Below the pieces are notes generated by a model. It made no database searches, was not told where the DNA came from, and saw only the letters and a list, made by a program, of their open reading frames with translations. A DNA stretch of 64,000 nt from Escherichia coli (lineage in GTDB: Bacteria; Pseudomonadota; Gammaproteobacteria; Enterobacterales; Enterobacteriaceae), in NCBI RefSeq assembly GCF_050320075.1, contig NZ_CP190022.1; one strand, written 5' to 3'. Each line of letters opens with the position of its first letter. Within the stretch, counting starts at the first letter, position 1. Shown piece after piece: positions 27,072 to 35,769 of this stretch. Position numbers and translations under genes: made by a program.

Positions 27072-27167
27072 ATGATTAACCTGTTAATCATCGTTCTCAG
27101 GGCAGTTGTTGCTGTGGTCAATGCAGTGATAGCAATCCTGGAACTGATCCGGGAGCTTATTGACTGA
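27072..27167 (+). CDS. Small hydrophobic peptide (31 aa, MINLLIIVLRAVVAVVNAVIAILELIRELID), TisB/DinQ/ZorO-like type I toxin candidate
   Basis: Not in the 60-aa ORF track; found by reading the intergenic DNA: GGAG 6 nt upstream of ATG 27072, single predicted TM helix, C-terminal ELIR motif as in DinQ; an upstream TTTCCTCC (27048-27055) can pair with the SD. Confidence 0.4.
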   Translation: MINLLIIVLRAVVAVVNAVIAILELIRELID

Positions 27168-27556
27168 TAATCCCGGAAACGTACTTAAGGGCAGCGGGTA
27201 ACCGCCCTCTGCCCTTTAACAAAATATGCTCAGGTTAAAAATCGAAAACCTTCCTGCACTTCCTGCGCCTGTTCCCGTGAGTCAAACATGAGCCGGCTTT
27301 TCCCCGGAACTCCCCAGGAAATATATTCTACATCCACCCACCATTTTCCGTATTCTTCATACGGTCCGGATATCACTTTAGTGACAAATGCATCAACCAG
27401 GTTCATTTTTACACCTTTCTGTTATTCTGCTTATTACGGCCAGCAAACAGCAAATATTAAAAATAACGCGGCGGTAAAAATGGCAATTTTTTCCCATACT
27501 GTATTTTTTCCATTTATTTGCTTTGAAATGTTTTTTTGCTTCATATCAGTAAATGA

Positions 27557-28024
27557 TTATTTTTTATTCTGTTTCCTCCAGGCCCATGGTGGCACCGGAT
27601 TTTCATCTGCCCATAATCCCCGTTTAAGGGCACGGGCATCGCGCTGGAGAGCCGGGAGAGTATAGTCCTTGTTGTAGTCCGGGTATACCCAGGCCGCTCC
27701 CTTCCTGATTTGCTCACGATTCGCTTCAGTGCCGTCAGCGGTATAGACTCTGCCGAGAATACGGTTATATCTGTCGGTCTGTAAGTATTGTACGGTTACA
27801 GGCTTACCGGCCACCAGGTCTTTTAACTGAGAGGCAGACCAGCGTCCAAAGGGCTGTTTCTTTTCCGGTGCATCAATATTTGCCAGGCGGACCCTGACAG
27901 TTTTTTTATCCTGTAATATTTCCAGTGTATCACCATCAAGAACGCGGATAACGTTTCCCTGAATCTGTGCAGCGCAGAGGGAACCTGAAAAAATAATAGC
28001 GAGAGAGAATATATATTTTATCAT
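27557..28024 (-). CDS. nuc: Secreted thermonuclease (staphylococcal-nuclease fold), plasmid Nuc
   Basis: Signal peptide then SNase motifs (VIRVLDGDTL...VRVRLANIDAPE...GRVYTADG...GLWAD). Confidence 0.85.
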   Translation of the reverse strand: MIKYIFSLAIIFSGSLCAAQIQGNVIRVLDGDTLEILQDKKTVRVRLANIDAPEKKQPFGRWSASQLKDLVAGKPVTVQYLQTDRYNRILGRVYTADGTEANREQIRKGAAWVYPDYNKDYTLPALQRDARALKRGLWADENPVPPWAWRKQNKK

Positions 28025-28187
28025 TTTATTACATCCTTTTTATTCATGAAAAACAGGCGGCGTTTATATTATGGAATAATATCGTTAAGTTGAGTTTATG
28101 TTTCCGGTAATGTAATGCTTCACGCAGCGCATGAATTCCAGTAGGCTAATATTCATGATGATATAGTAACAGATATCCGGTGACAGT

Positions 28188-28811
28188 ATGCAGGAACATA
28201 TTGATTATCAGATTGAGAAATATCAGTTCAGGGCCAGGAATGAGTCTCCGCGACTGATGCGCCAGTGGGCAGATGTCATGCGTGAATGCCGTGATACCGG
28301 AGCAGGAGCCAGGGAGCGGCTGCGGATTGCCTTACTTAATGTTGATTATGTGACCAGTTTTGAGCTGCCGTTTCGTCTGCTGTTAACCCGGACACCGCAG
28401 ATGATTGACAGCATGCGGCGGGAATGGCAGCTCAGCCAGAAAAAAGTCGTCTTCAATGAGCGGCAGCGGGGATGTGTATACAGTCTGCAGAATGACTTAT
28501 CCGGCGTGCCGGATAGCTTCAGTTACAGTCTTGCGACGCGAATACGGCGGATGGACTGCTATGGCATGACGACGCGTTGTTTTACTGATATCGCCGGGCA
28601 GGTTAAAGCCCCGACGGCACGGCTGAAACTAGCGCTGGAAAGCGGGTTGCTGGTAACGGCACTGGATGGCCTGTTCTGGCTGGGAACTCAGCGAATTGCA
28701 GCTGATGTGCAGAGACTGCGTCAGTCAGGTATGGTTATAGTCACCCGGGAAGTTGAGGTATCAGACTCCCTGACCGGAACCACCAGACTGGTTTCTGCCT
28801 ACACACTTTAA
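28188..28811 (+). CDS. Hypothetical protein (207 aa)
   Basis: First of three same-strand ORFs in an AT-rich block; no family recognised. Confidence 0.5.
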   Translation: MQEHIDYQIEKYQFRARNESPRLMRQWADVMRECRDTGAGARERLRIALLNVDYVTSFELPFRLLLTRTPQMIDSMRREWQLSQKKVVFNERQRGCVYSLQNDLSGVPDSFSYSLATRIRRMDCYGMTTRCFTDIAGQVKAPTARLKLALESGLLVTALDGLFWLGTQRIAADVQRLRQSGMVIVTREVEVSDSLTGTTRLVSAYTL

Positions 28812-28898
28812 AGCACAGGAGGAATCTTTGTTACCGTATTCGCACTGATTCTGAAATTTACCATTGTTTACCGGGACAGATTACAGACAGGATATTTT

Positions 28899-29354
28899 AT
28901 GCGAGATAAATCAGAAGTATTAACCGGAGCGCAGAAAAACAGATTTGGTCTGATTCTTTATATTATACTATTATCAGTTGTTTATATATTGATAACAAGA
29001 CTTAATCTCACAACCACATATTATTCGCTGTATTCATCTCTGGATGAGAATTCACAGGTGACGGAGTATTTTATAATATCCATAGCTACCTTTCTTTTTC
29101 TGGCGGCTTTATGTTTGTTCTTCATTTATTCTTTCTTTAAACGGAAAAGAGTTGTCGGGAAATTACTTCTGTGTATTTATATTCTTTATATATCACACTA
29201 TGCTATCACTTTTGTTTATTGTCTTTATGTTGTCGGTGCTGAGTGTATGGCAACCGGAAAGATTGAGCATATTTTGATTGATATTATTATAGCCATGCTT
29301 TCTCTTTCGTATGTTTGCCTTTCCGGGAGGGCAAGACATATTTTTGTTAACTAA
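28899..29354 (+). CDS. Hypothetical small integral membrane protein (151 aa, about 4 TM helices)
   Basis: Strongly hydrophobic, AT-rich codon usage; directly upstream of the transferase-like gene. Confidence 0.5.
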   Translation: MRDKSEVLTGAQKNRFGLILYIILLSVVYILITRLNLTTTYYSLYSSLDENSQVTEYFIISIATFLFLAALCLFFIYSFFKRKRVVGKLLLCIYILYISHYAITFVYCLYVVGAECMATGKIEHILIDIIIAMLSLSYVCLSGRARHIFVN

Positions 29355-29532
29355 ATGTATTCTGAGTGTTTTATGGTTATGAGGCCTTCATCGGGTTATG
29401 CGAATAATCTGGTTCGGGGAGCAGTTGCTGTAAGCACAGAACCTGATAATATGTAAATCCTGCTGGACAGGGTAGGGTATTTTTGTGAACTGTTTCATAT
29501 AAATATCCATGCGTTGAAATGATCGTCTGTGT

Positions 29533-31089
29533 TTGTACAGGAAAATGACTGGCGTGTCTTGTATTAAAGAAAAATCAAAATATACTTTTGAGAGAGCAAA
29601 ACAGTTTTATTTTATGTTGTGGTGTAAAGAGTCACTGATTTATCTGTTGTTTTCTGTGCTTGTTACATGGTGTTGCGGATATACAGTGAAAAACACCCTG
29701 GGGAATGTGCTTATATTGTTCCTGATGTTGTTGTTGGGGCGGCAGAATGTTATTTCAGCAACGTGTGTCTGTATCTTTCTTTTGTTAAGTGCATTCTATG
29801 CTCCGGTTGGGATGATTTACGGAAAAATAAACAACAGTTTTATTGCGTCTGTAATGCAGACAAATCTAAATGAGGCAGGTGAATTTATCACAGGCATACC
29901 TGTTCTTTATTTTATTGTTTCACTGATTATTGCTGCTTTTACATTCTGGTTCTGGCGTAAGCGTGATAAAAGCCACCAGGGATTTATCTTTCTGTTGTTC
30001 TTTATCGTATTGTCAGTAAATGCATGGCCAAAACGTATGGTTACGAATGTAATGACAGGGATAGCTGAAACCAGAGAAGAAATGATGCGATATGAATCGC
30101 TGAAACACAATCAGAAAGATTCATGGGATATTGTGAATGTGGAGAAGAAATATAAAACCATAATTATCGTAATTGGTGAAAGTGTCAGACGGGATTATCT
30201 TTCTGTTTATGGGTATCCTTTGCCGACAACACCATGGTTGAATTCTGCTCCGGGTATATTTATTAATGGGTATTTCTCCGCAGCTCCGAATACGATAGGT
30301 TCACTCAGCAGAACACTGACTCTTGATTACACTGAAACAGGTAATCCGGGTAATAATATTGTTACGCTTGCCAGAAAAGCCGGATATGAGACGTGGTGGA
30401 TATCAAATCAGGGCTCTTTAGGGCGACATGATACGCTGATTTCTGTCATCGCCGCCAATGCGGATAAGAAATATTTTCTTAAGGAAGGGAGCTCTTCTTC
30501 CCGTCGCATTGATGATGAAGATATGCTTCAGTATGTCAGGGAAGCTGTTAATTCGTCTTCTCCAAAAGTGATTTTCATTCATATGCTGGGGTCCCATCCT
30601 AATCCCTGTGACAGACTTTTTAATGATGCACAGCCGTTCAGGGAATTATTCGGAAATAAAGTATCCTGTTATTTATCAACATTGCTTAAGCTGGATCGGT
30701 TTCTTCAGGCAATTTATAACATGACGACAGAGCATGGCGATGATTTTGCCATGCTGTATTTTTCTGATCATGGGCAATCCGTCACTTCAGACAGCACCCC
30801 TGTGCATCATGCGCCAGGTTTGCGTTCGGGATACGATGTACCTCTCATGATGATGGCCAGTGATATTACTGAGCACCACCTCAATCATGTGCATATCAGT
30901 GCACGTCGTTTTCCCGAGATTTTTCAATGGATCACAGGGATACAAACCAAAAATCTGCCGTTAAGTTTTTCTTTGTTACAGAATGATTTCGCTGAAAGTG
31001 TTTCTGTATTCAATGGTGAACGTGACGTTCCGGTAATGTCTTTGCCAGAAGAGCCGATACTGACCGGAAATGCTGAATCAGAAAAATAA
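29533..31089 (+). CDS. Phosphoethanolamine-transferase-like membrane protein (N-terminal multi-TM domain + sulfatase/alkaline-phosphatase-type catalytic domain, EptA/MCR-like architecture)
   Basis: Five predicted N-terminal TM helices then sulfatase-type motifs (IIVIGESVRRDY, HMLGSHPNP, YFSDHGQS); alternative start at ATG 29545. Confidence 0.65.
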   Translation: MYRKMTGVSCIKEKSKYTFERAKQFYFMLWCKESLIYLLFSVLVTWCCGYTVKNTLGNVLILFLMLLLGRQNVISATCVCIFLLLSAFYAPVGMIYGKINNSFIASVMQTNLNEAGEFITGIPVLYFIVSLIIAAFTFWFWRKRDKSHQGFIFLLFFIVLSVNAWPKRMVTNVMTGIAETREEMMRYESLKHNQKDSWDIVNVEKKYKTIIIVIGESVRRDYLSVYGYPLPTTPWLNSAPGIFINGYFSAAPNTIGSLSRTLTLDYTETGNPGNNIVTLARKAGYETWWISNQGSLGRHDTLISVIAANADKKYFLKEGSSSSRRIDDEDMLQYVREAVNSSSPKVIFIHMLGSHPNPCDRLFNDAQPFRELFGNKVSCYLSTLLKLDRFLQAIYNMTTEHGDDFAMLYFSDHGQSVTSDSTPVHHAPGLRSGYDVPLMMMASDITEHHLNHVHISARRFPEIFQWITGIQTKNLPLSFSLLQNDFAESVSVFNGERDVPVMSLPEEPILTGNAESEK

Positions 31090-31110
31090 TAAAGATTATT
31101 TATGACCGAG

Positions 31111-31140
31111 CTCAATGCCTCATGTGTATGAGGCATTGAG
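31111..31140. terminator. Bidirectional hairpin terminator between the transferase-like gene and the convergent 80-aa ORF
   Basis: Perfect 13-bp stem CTCAATGCCTCAT-GTGT-ATGAGGCATTGAG followed by CGTTTATTT. Confidence 0.6.
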
Positions 31141-31181
31141 CGTTTATTTCAGGCTGACACTGTTTTCAGCCCATACCTGGA

Positions 31182-31424
31182 TCAGTGAATATGCTGACCT
31201 GTTTTTTCGCGAATATCAGCCCCCTGTAATTGTATCAATATACCCTCTCCGTTGAGCATCAGGCTGTCCAGTGAATGGATCCCACTCCTCCTCATCAGTT
31301 CGTAGCAGAGTGTACTCAGCATGGCAAGTGCAGCTTCTGATGATTTACAGTGTGTATTCAGGAGGGTAAAAAATTGTTCAAAAACATCCGGGTTTATACT
31401 GGTGCTTTGATATTCGTTACTCAT
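31182..31424 (-). CDS. Hypothetical small protein (80 aa from ATG 31424)
   Basis: GGAAGGAAA RBS 7 nt upstream of ATG 31424 (track ORF 31182-31544 has an unlikely N-terminal extension); no family recognised. Confidence 0.45.
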   Translation of the reverse strand: MSNEYQSTSINPDVFEQFFTLLNTHCKSSEAALAMLSTLCYELMRRSGIHSLDSLMLNGEGILIQLQGADIREKTGQHIH

Positions 31425-31608
31425 AGTATTTCCTTCCAGGTCATTATTACTTCCAGATTTAACATGATGTCTGTAACCATAAAATAATGAACGTGTTCCG
31501 GGAATCCTTGCCGTGTAGTTTCCCGTAAAAATACTGTTGTGCATTACATGTCATTAGGTGGAAACCGATTGTGGCAGACTGAAAATCGATTAGAATAGCG
31601 GCGGGCGC

Positions 31609-31902
31609 TTGAGGCTGTATGCTGAAAGCGTTTTGTGGACGGCATGCAGCAGAAAGCCCCAGGCGATTTTTTTATCAATCAACCCAGGGCCCACTGTAAT
31701 GCCTCAACAACATTATAGTAGCCCGATGACGGCCGAAAGGCAATGGAGGGGCTGCGATGCCACAACGAACGTTTTTAATAATGTTAATCGTCGTCTGTGT
31801 GACGATACTGTGTTTTGTCTGGATGGTGAGGGATTCGCTTTGCGGATTTCGTATCGAGCAGGGAAATACAGTGCTTGTGGCAACGTTAGCCTACGAAGTT
31901 AA
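31609..31902 (+). CDS. pndC: Overlapping translational-coupling reading frame of the hok-family module (mok/PndC-like)
   Basis: 97-codon ORF overlapping the toxin ORF in another frame, as in hok/mok and pndA/pndC. Confidence 0.55.
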   Translation: MRLYAESVLWTACSRKPQAIFLSINPGPTVMPQQHYSSPMTAERQWRGCDATTNVFNNVNRRLCDDTVFCLDGEGFALRISYRAGKYSACGNVSLRS

Positions 31903-31909
31903 ACGTTAA
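31757..31909 (+). CDS. pndA: Hok/Gef-family type I membrane toxin (50 aa, MPQRTFLIMLIVVCVTILCFVWMVRDSLCGFRIEQGNTVLVATLAYEVKR)
   Basis: Not in the 60-aa track; found by reading: GGAGGGG RBS, ATG 31757, TM helix followed by the conserved hok-family C-terminal segment; downstream GGCGGCAGG-AAAT-CTGCCGCC hairpin. Confidence 0.85.
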   Translation: MPQRTFLIMLIVVCVTILCFVWMVRDSLCGFRIEQGNTVLVATLAYEVKR

Positions 31910-32067
31910 CGGGCAACATGGCGGCAGGAAATCTGCCGCCGGATTGTTGCGAAAGCAAACCTCAATGCGCCCTTTTTTACCTGGATTTCTGCAGCGCGTT
32001 TCAGCATAGCATGCAGTTCTGTGCTGATCCTTGCTTCCAGTCGGGCAGTTTGTGTTGCTGATGGCAT
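31906..32067 (-). CDS. Small ORF (53 aa, MPSATQTARLEARISTELHAMLKRAAEIQ...), ribbon-helix-helix-like N-terminus
   Basis: Not in track; AGGAAG 9 nt upstream of ATG 32067; stop overlaps the pndA stop on the opposite strand; downstream of the excA terminator; N-terminus resembles RHH / DUF1778-type antitoxins but no partner gene present. Confidence 0.3.
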   Translation of the reverse strand: MPSATQTARLEARISTELHAMLKRAAEIQVKKGALRFAFATIRRQISCRHVAR

Positions 32068-32222
32068 GATTTGTACTTCCTGAATACACTGAACGTCAAA
32101 TTGCCGTATTGTGCTAATTACAGTCTGATACAGGGACGGCAGACAGGCATTCTGCCTGAAAAGAAAAAGCCGGTTCAGAGAAAACCGGCTGACGGATTAT
32201 CGTCTAACAGTTGGTCGCTACC

Positions 32223-32873
32223 TTAAAATACTTCTGCAACAGGAACACCGGCAACTTTTTCCCACTCTTTAACCCGATACCGAATCATCTGCGGGAAACG
32301 TTCCTTGTACTCATATCCACGTGCAGCCATGGTGTGCATGGTGTTGGCCAGCGTCCTTGATGAGATGCCGGAGATTTCCAGTGGGATCATCGGCAGACTC
32401 ACATATGTAGTGTGGATTTCCAGCTTGCCGTCTTCAGCAACCGTGCGGGTAAAGTTGTGAATATCCAGACCAATCACATCCATCACATTGTTTGGGTAAA
32501 TGCGCACATACAGCATGGTGCCGTTTTTAATGTCGATCCCGAAATAACAACTCTTCGAGAATGACAGTTGCTCGTAATCGCTGGTCGGCGCAAAGAGACA
32601 GCTTTCTTTTATCTGCTTAACAACCTGCTGGATTTTCTTTTTCTTCGCTCTGGTTCTCAGATATAGCCAGAGTGGGGGAATAAAAAGAAGAAAATAACAT
32701 CCATATGCCAGAATAAAAAGGCTTGTTGAATTCGTTAGTTTATCATCTAATAAATATGATGTATAAGCTGTTGCGTATAAAGCTAAGCACGGAATGCCTA
32801 ATAAAAAATAAGCGTTGCGGGCCAAGTGGTAATATGCCCACCAGGAAGGATATCTGCTTTTTGTTTTGTTCAT
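32223..32873 (-). CDS. excA: Inner-membrane protein in the entry-exclusion position (ExcA-like)
   Basis: 216-aa protein with two N-terminal TM helices immediately downstream of traY; followed by a hairpin terminator (about 32165-32200). Confidence 0.5.
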   Translation of the reverse strand: MNKTKSRYPSWWAYYHLARNAYFLLGIPCLALYATAYTSYLLDDKLTNSTSLFILAYGCYFLLFIPPLWLYLRTRAKKKKIQQVVKQIKESCLFAPTSDYEQLSFSKSCYFGIDIKNGTMLYVRIYPNNVMDVIGLDIHNFTRTVAEDGKLEIHTTYVSLPMIPLEISGISSRTLANTMHTMAARGYEYKERFPQMIRYRVKEWEKVAGVPVAEVF

Positions 32874-32961
32874 AATAAACCTCCATATTCACCTGAATAT
32901 ATTTTAAACTCTTCAGGTGAATATGGCAATGCTGTTTTATTGGTTTTTCTATGTTTTCATT

Positions 32962-35127
32962 TTATTGTTTTATTCCGTCTTTATCATCTCTATTAATATT
33001 TTTCAGTTTTTCTTCACGAACGCCAGGTGTTCTGCGCATATTGGTATTACCTCCGGCAATAATATCTTTGACTGAAGAAACCATATTCCCCAGCATATTA
33101 ACACCGTCACGCCCGCCCAGAAAATTAATTACATGGTCAGGCAGATAAGCCTGAAGTGCAAAAATGGCCGCAACCAGCGTGGTACAGGCTCGGGCATAAA
33201 TCATCAAAAATCCCGCCATGCTGAACACGCCCGTCACAGAATTTATCTGGACATTCATCAGCGCAGCAGCAAACAGCGCATTCAGGATTGTGCCGCCGGC
33301 CACGATGGCGACCGATGCAAAAAAGAATCCGAACACCATCAGCAGCGGTCTGATCATGCTGTCTATCAGGTAGATGTAACCGTAAGCGGCCCGGCTTCCC
33401 CGGTCCTGACTTGTTCCCAGATGGGTGGCGGCCCACAGGGGGCCAGCAGCACATCCAATCAGTACGCTGAGTATCCAGTTGCCGATGCCGGTCATCCAGA
33501 AGATAAACGGAATAAACGGCAGGTAAATGGATAACGAAAAACCGGCACAGAACAGCAAAAACAGCAGGAAGTAGAGCGGTGGTGCGGATGCTTCCAGAAA
33601 AGCCTTTGCGGCGTCAGATAAGCCGCTGACGGCATTGACCAGTCGGCCAAAAACGGAGTTGCTGCCGGCAGTTGAAAGCACCCTGACGGTGGTATAACCC
33701 GCCCAGATGGTTTCGGTTGTGACCATGGTGTAATCACCAATGTTTTTCATTTTTATTAGCGGATTTAGTTGGTCCGAGGTGGTTCCAGTTCCTGAATGTA
33801 TGGTTGCAATTTGATTGGTAAATAACGTCAGGTCATTCCCTAGGAGTTTTAACAGGGCTGATTGAGGATTCTGTGTATTAGATGCCTGGTATTCACTGGC
33901 TGAGGTGGCTGTTCCCAGTGCAGGTGTATATGGTGAGTTTTGCAACTGTGCCTGGTAAGCCCCCTTGACTTCCTTCAGGAACTCCGTATCCCCGGCTTCG
34001 CCCAGTGACGAGACGCCACTCACAGTAGGAGCGCGGTTGGCCAGGTCTTCCAGTCGCTGGTTGGCGGTGGCAAAGGTCTGGTACCAGGCGCCCAGGGCAA
34101 CCCAGCCGTAGGTGGTCAGGTAGGATTTCAGCTGCTCCCTGCGCTCAGTTTCTGCGTTATCTGCCGGCAACGCCTTCTGCACCGTTTCTTCATACCGGTT
34201 GGCAGCCTTCTGAATACGGCTTTCAATATCCGGCAGGTTGCCGTTACCCGTGTCGCGTCGGGTCCGGTACGCTGACACAAATTCCTGCGCCGCGCTGTCC
34301 AGGTCACGGAGCATGGTATCCATGGCGGAGCGCTGTGCCGTCAGAACCCCCTGATATTCCGTTTCAATGAAGGGATTGAAAAAATGGGCCAGCGCGGACT
34401 GCTTGTTACTGCCGTTTCCTTTCACGGAGAGACTCACACTCCCGCAGGTGGCGCTGCCATTTGAGACGGTGACGGTATATCTGCCATTCTCTGTCCGTGA
34501 GGATTCGCTCATGGGCGGCGTTGATGAACGTGCGGTACGGTTAAAGTCATCGAGGCCCGTATTCATGGCGTGTTTGCACAGTTCCATCTCCAGTATTCCC
34601 CGTGCTGCCGTGCGGGTGGAGACATGTACTGGCTGTACGGTCATTGAATAGCCTTCAGCGATGTTTTCTGCCGCTGTCTGAACCATGATATTGGCGGAAC
34701 CGATGCCCATGATGGATGCGCCCCACAGCATGACCAGTTGTGCCAGACTCCAGCCGGAAGCGGTGGGCACAATCATCATAAAACCGCTCACAATACTGAG
34801 CATTCCGACGACGTCCCGTCCGTTGTTAAAGACATTGCCCTGGTGTCCCGTGCGGACAGCATGACGGATACCAATAAACAGAAACCAGACTATCCCCATC
34901 GTGGCGATAATTGCGTTAAACACCATGAACAGGTTGCCAATGATGGTGTTGCTGCTGGCTGTCAGGGGATTTGTGACCACATCACCAAAAATGGTGACCA
35001 GTGCCTGGCGCGACAGGTCATCCGGATTGGTGGCGGCACTCACAATGTCCTGATAGGTGACGAAAGCCTGTGCAGGTACGGCAGCCAGCGCCAGACCTGC
35101 ACTCAGTGCTCTGGGTATGATTTTCAC
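32962..35127 (-). CDS. traY: Polytopic inner-membrane transfer protein TraY (DotA-like)
   Basis: 721-aa protein with signal-like N-terminus, central soluble region and many C-terminal TM helices; position before excA as in IncI-type transfer regions. Confidence 0.7.
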   Translation of the reverse strand: MKIIPRALSAGLALAAVPAQAFVTYQDIVSAATNPDDLSRQALVTIFGDVVTNPLTASSNTIIGNLFMVFNAIIATMGIVWFLFIGIRHAVRTGHQGNVFNNGRDVVGMLSIVSGFMMIVPTASGWSLAQLVMLWGASIMGIGSANIMVQTAAENIAEGYSMTVQPVHVSTRTAARGILEMELCKHAMNTGLDDFNRTARSSTPPMSESSRTENGRYTVTVSNGSATCGSVSLSVKGNGSNKQSALAHFFNPFIETEYQGVLTAQRSAMDTMLRDLDSAAQEFVSAYRTRRDTGNGNLPDIESRIQKAANRYEETVQKALPADNAETERREQLKSYLTTYGWVALGAWYQTFATANQRLEDLANRAPTVSGVSSLGEAGDTEFLKEVKGAYQAQLQNSPYTPALGTATSASEYQASNTQNPQSALLKLLGNDLTLFTNQIATIHSGTGTTSDQLNPLIKMKNIGDYTMVTTETIWAGYTTVRVLSTAGSNSVFGRLVNAVSGLSDAAKAFLEASAPPLYFLLFLLFCAGFSLSIYLPFIPFIFWMTGIGNWILSVLIGCAAGPLWAATHLGTSQDRGSRAAYGYIYLIDSMIRPLLMVFGFFFASVAIVAGGTILNALFAAALMNVQINSVTGVFSMAGFLMIYARACTTLVAAIFALQAYLPDHVINFLGGRDGVNMLGNMVSSVKDIIAGGNTNMRRTPGVREEKLKNINRDDKDGIKQ

Positions 35128-35199
35128 GATAACTCCGGAACCGAAGGGATGCAGGGCATCAGCCTCCGGAATGAGGAAAAGAAATTGCAGACCGGACGG

Positions 35200-35769
35200 T
35201 CAGTACTGCCGGTGGGTAATGGCCAGCCATGTGGCCTGTTTCCAGCCGTGCCGGGCCTGCAGGTAATCGGGGAAGGTGCCCTGTTCGTCCTCGCTGACCC
35301 GCCGTTCATTCAGTTGCCAGAGGCGGTATGACACAATCAGGGTTTTTGAGGCACACAGTGCTGCAATGGCACTCATCAGTAACAGGCAGGCCAGTATACG
35401 TATCAGGGTGATGGCCGGAAGCGCTGTGGCAGCAAGGGCCATGCCGCACAGCAGAAGTACCGGTATCATCATCAGCCAGAATCCTGTCCGCCAGAACATC
35501 CTGCGACGTCGCAGACGCCGATCCAGTTCGTTGACCGTAAGGCCGCTGGCCCTGACGGCTTCTTCCCAGGTCATACAGACCGGAATCTCCGGTTGCCGGT
35601 CGGGCATGAGGCGCTTCAGGCGCGTTTTATGCTGGCCCAGCATATGGCGGCAGCTGCGCAGCATCCACCGGGTTTCGGCCAGTGGTGCGAACAGGTTTAT
35701 CCCGATGTCACCGATGCGGCGGAGACGGGGGGCCGGTTTTTTTTTGTCGGTGCTGTTGTCGTCTTTCAT
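35200..35769 (-). CDS. Transfer-region membrane protein (position of traX)
   Basis: 189-aa, two TM segments; gene order only. Confidence 0.5.
   Translation of the reverse strand: MKDDNSTDKKKPAPRLRRIGDIGINLFAPLAETRWMLRSCRHMLGQHKTRLKRLMPDRQPEIPVCMTWEEAVRASGLTVNELDRRLRRRRMFWRTGFWLMMIPVLLLCGMALAATALPAITLIRILACLLLMSAIAALCASKTLIVSYRLWQLNERRVSEDEQGTFPDYLQARHGWKQATWLAITHRQY

Noticed and set aside
31886-32089. 67-aa minus-strand track ORF overlapping the pnd 3' region
   Set aside because: Out of frame with the better-supported 53-aa ORF (31906-32067), which has an RBS; the 67-aa frame lacks one.
33133-33534. 133-aa + strand ORF inside traY
   Set aside because: Antisense to the hydrophobic C-terminal half of traY; His/Arg-rich shadow frame.
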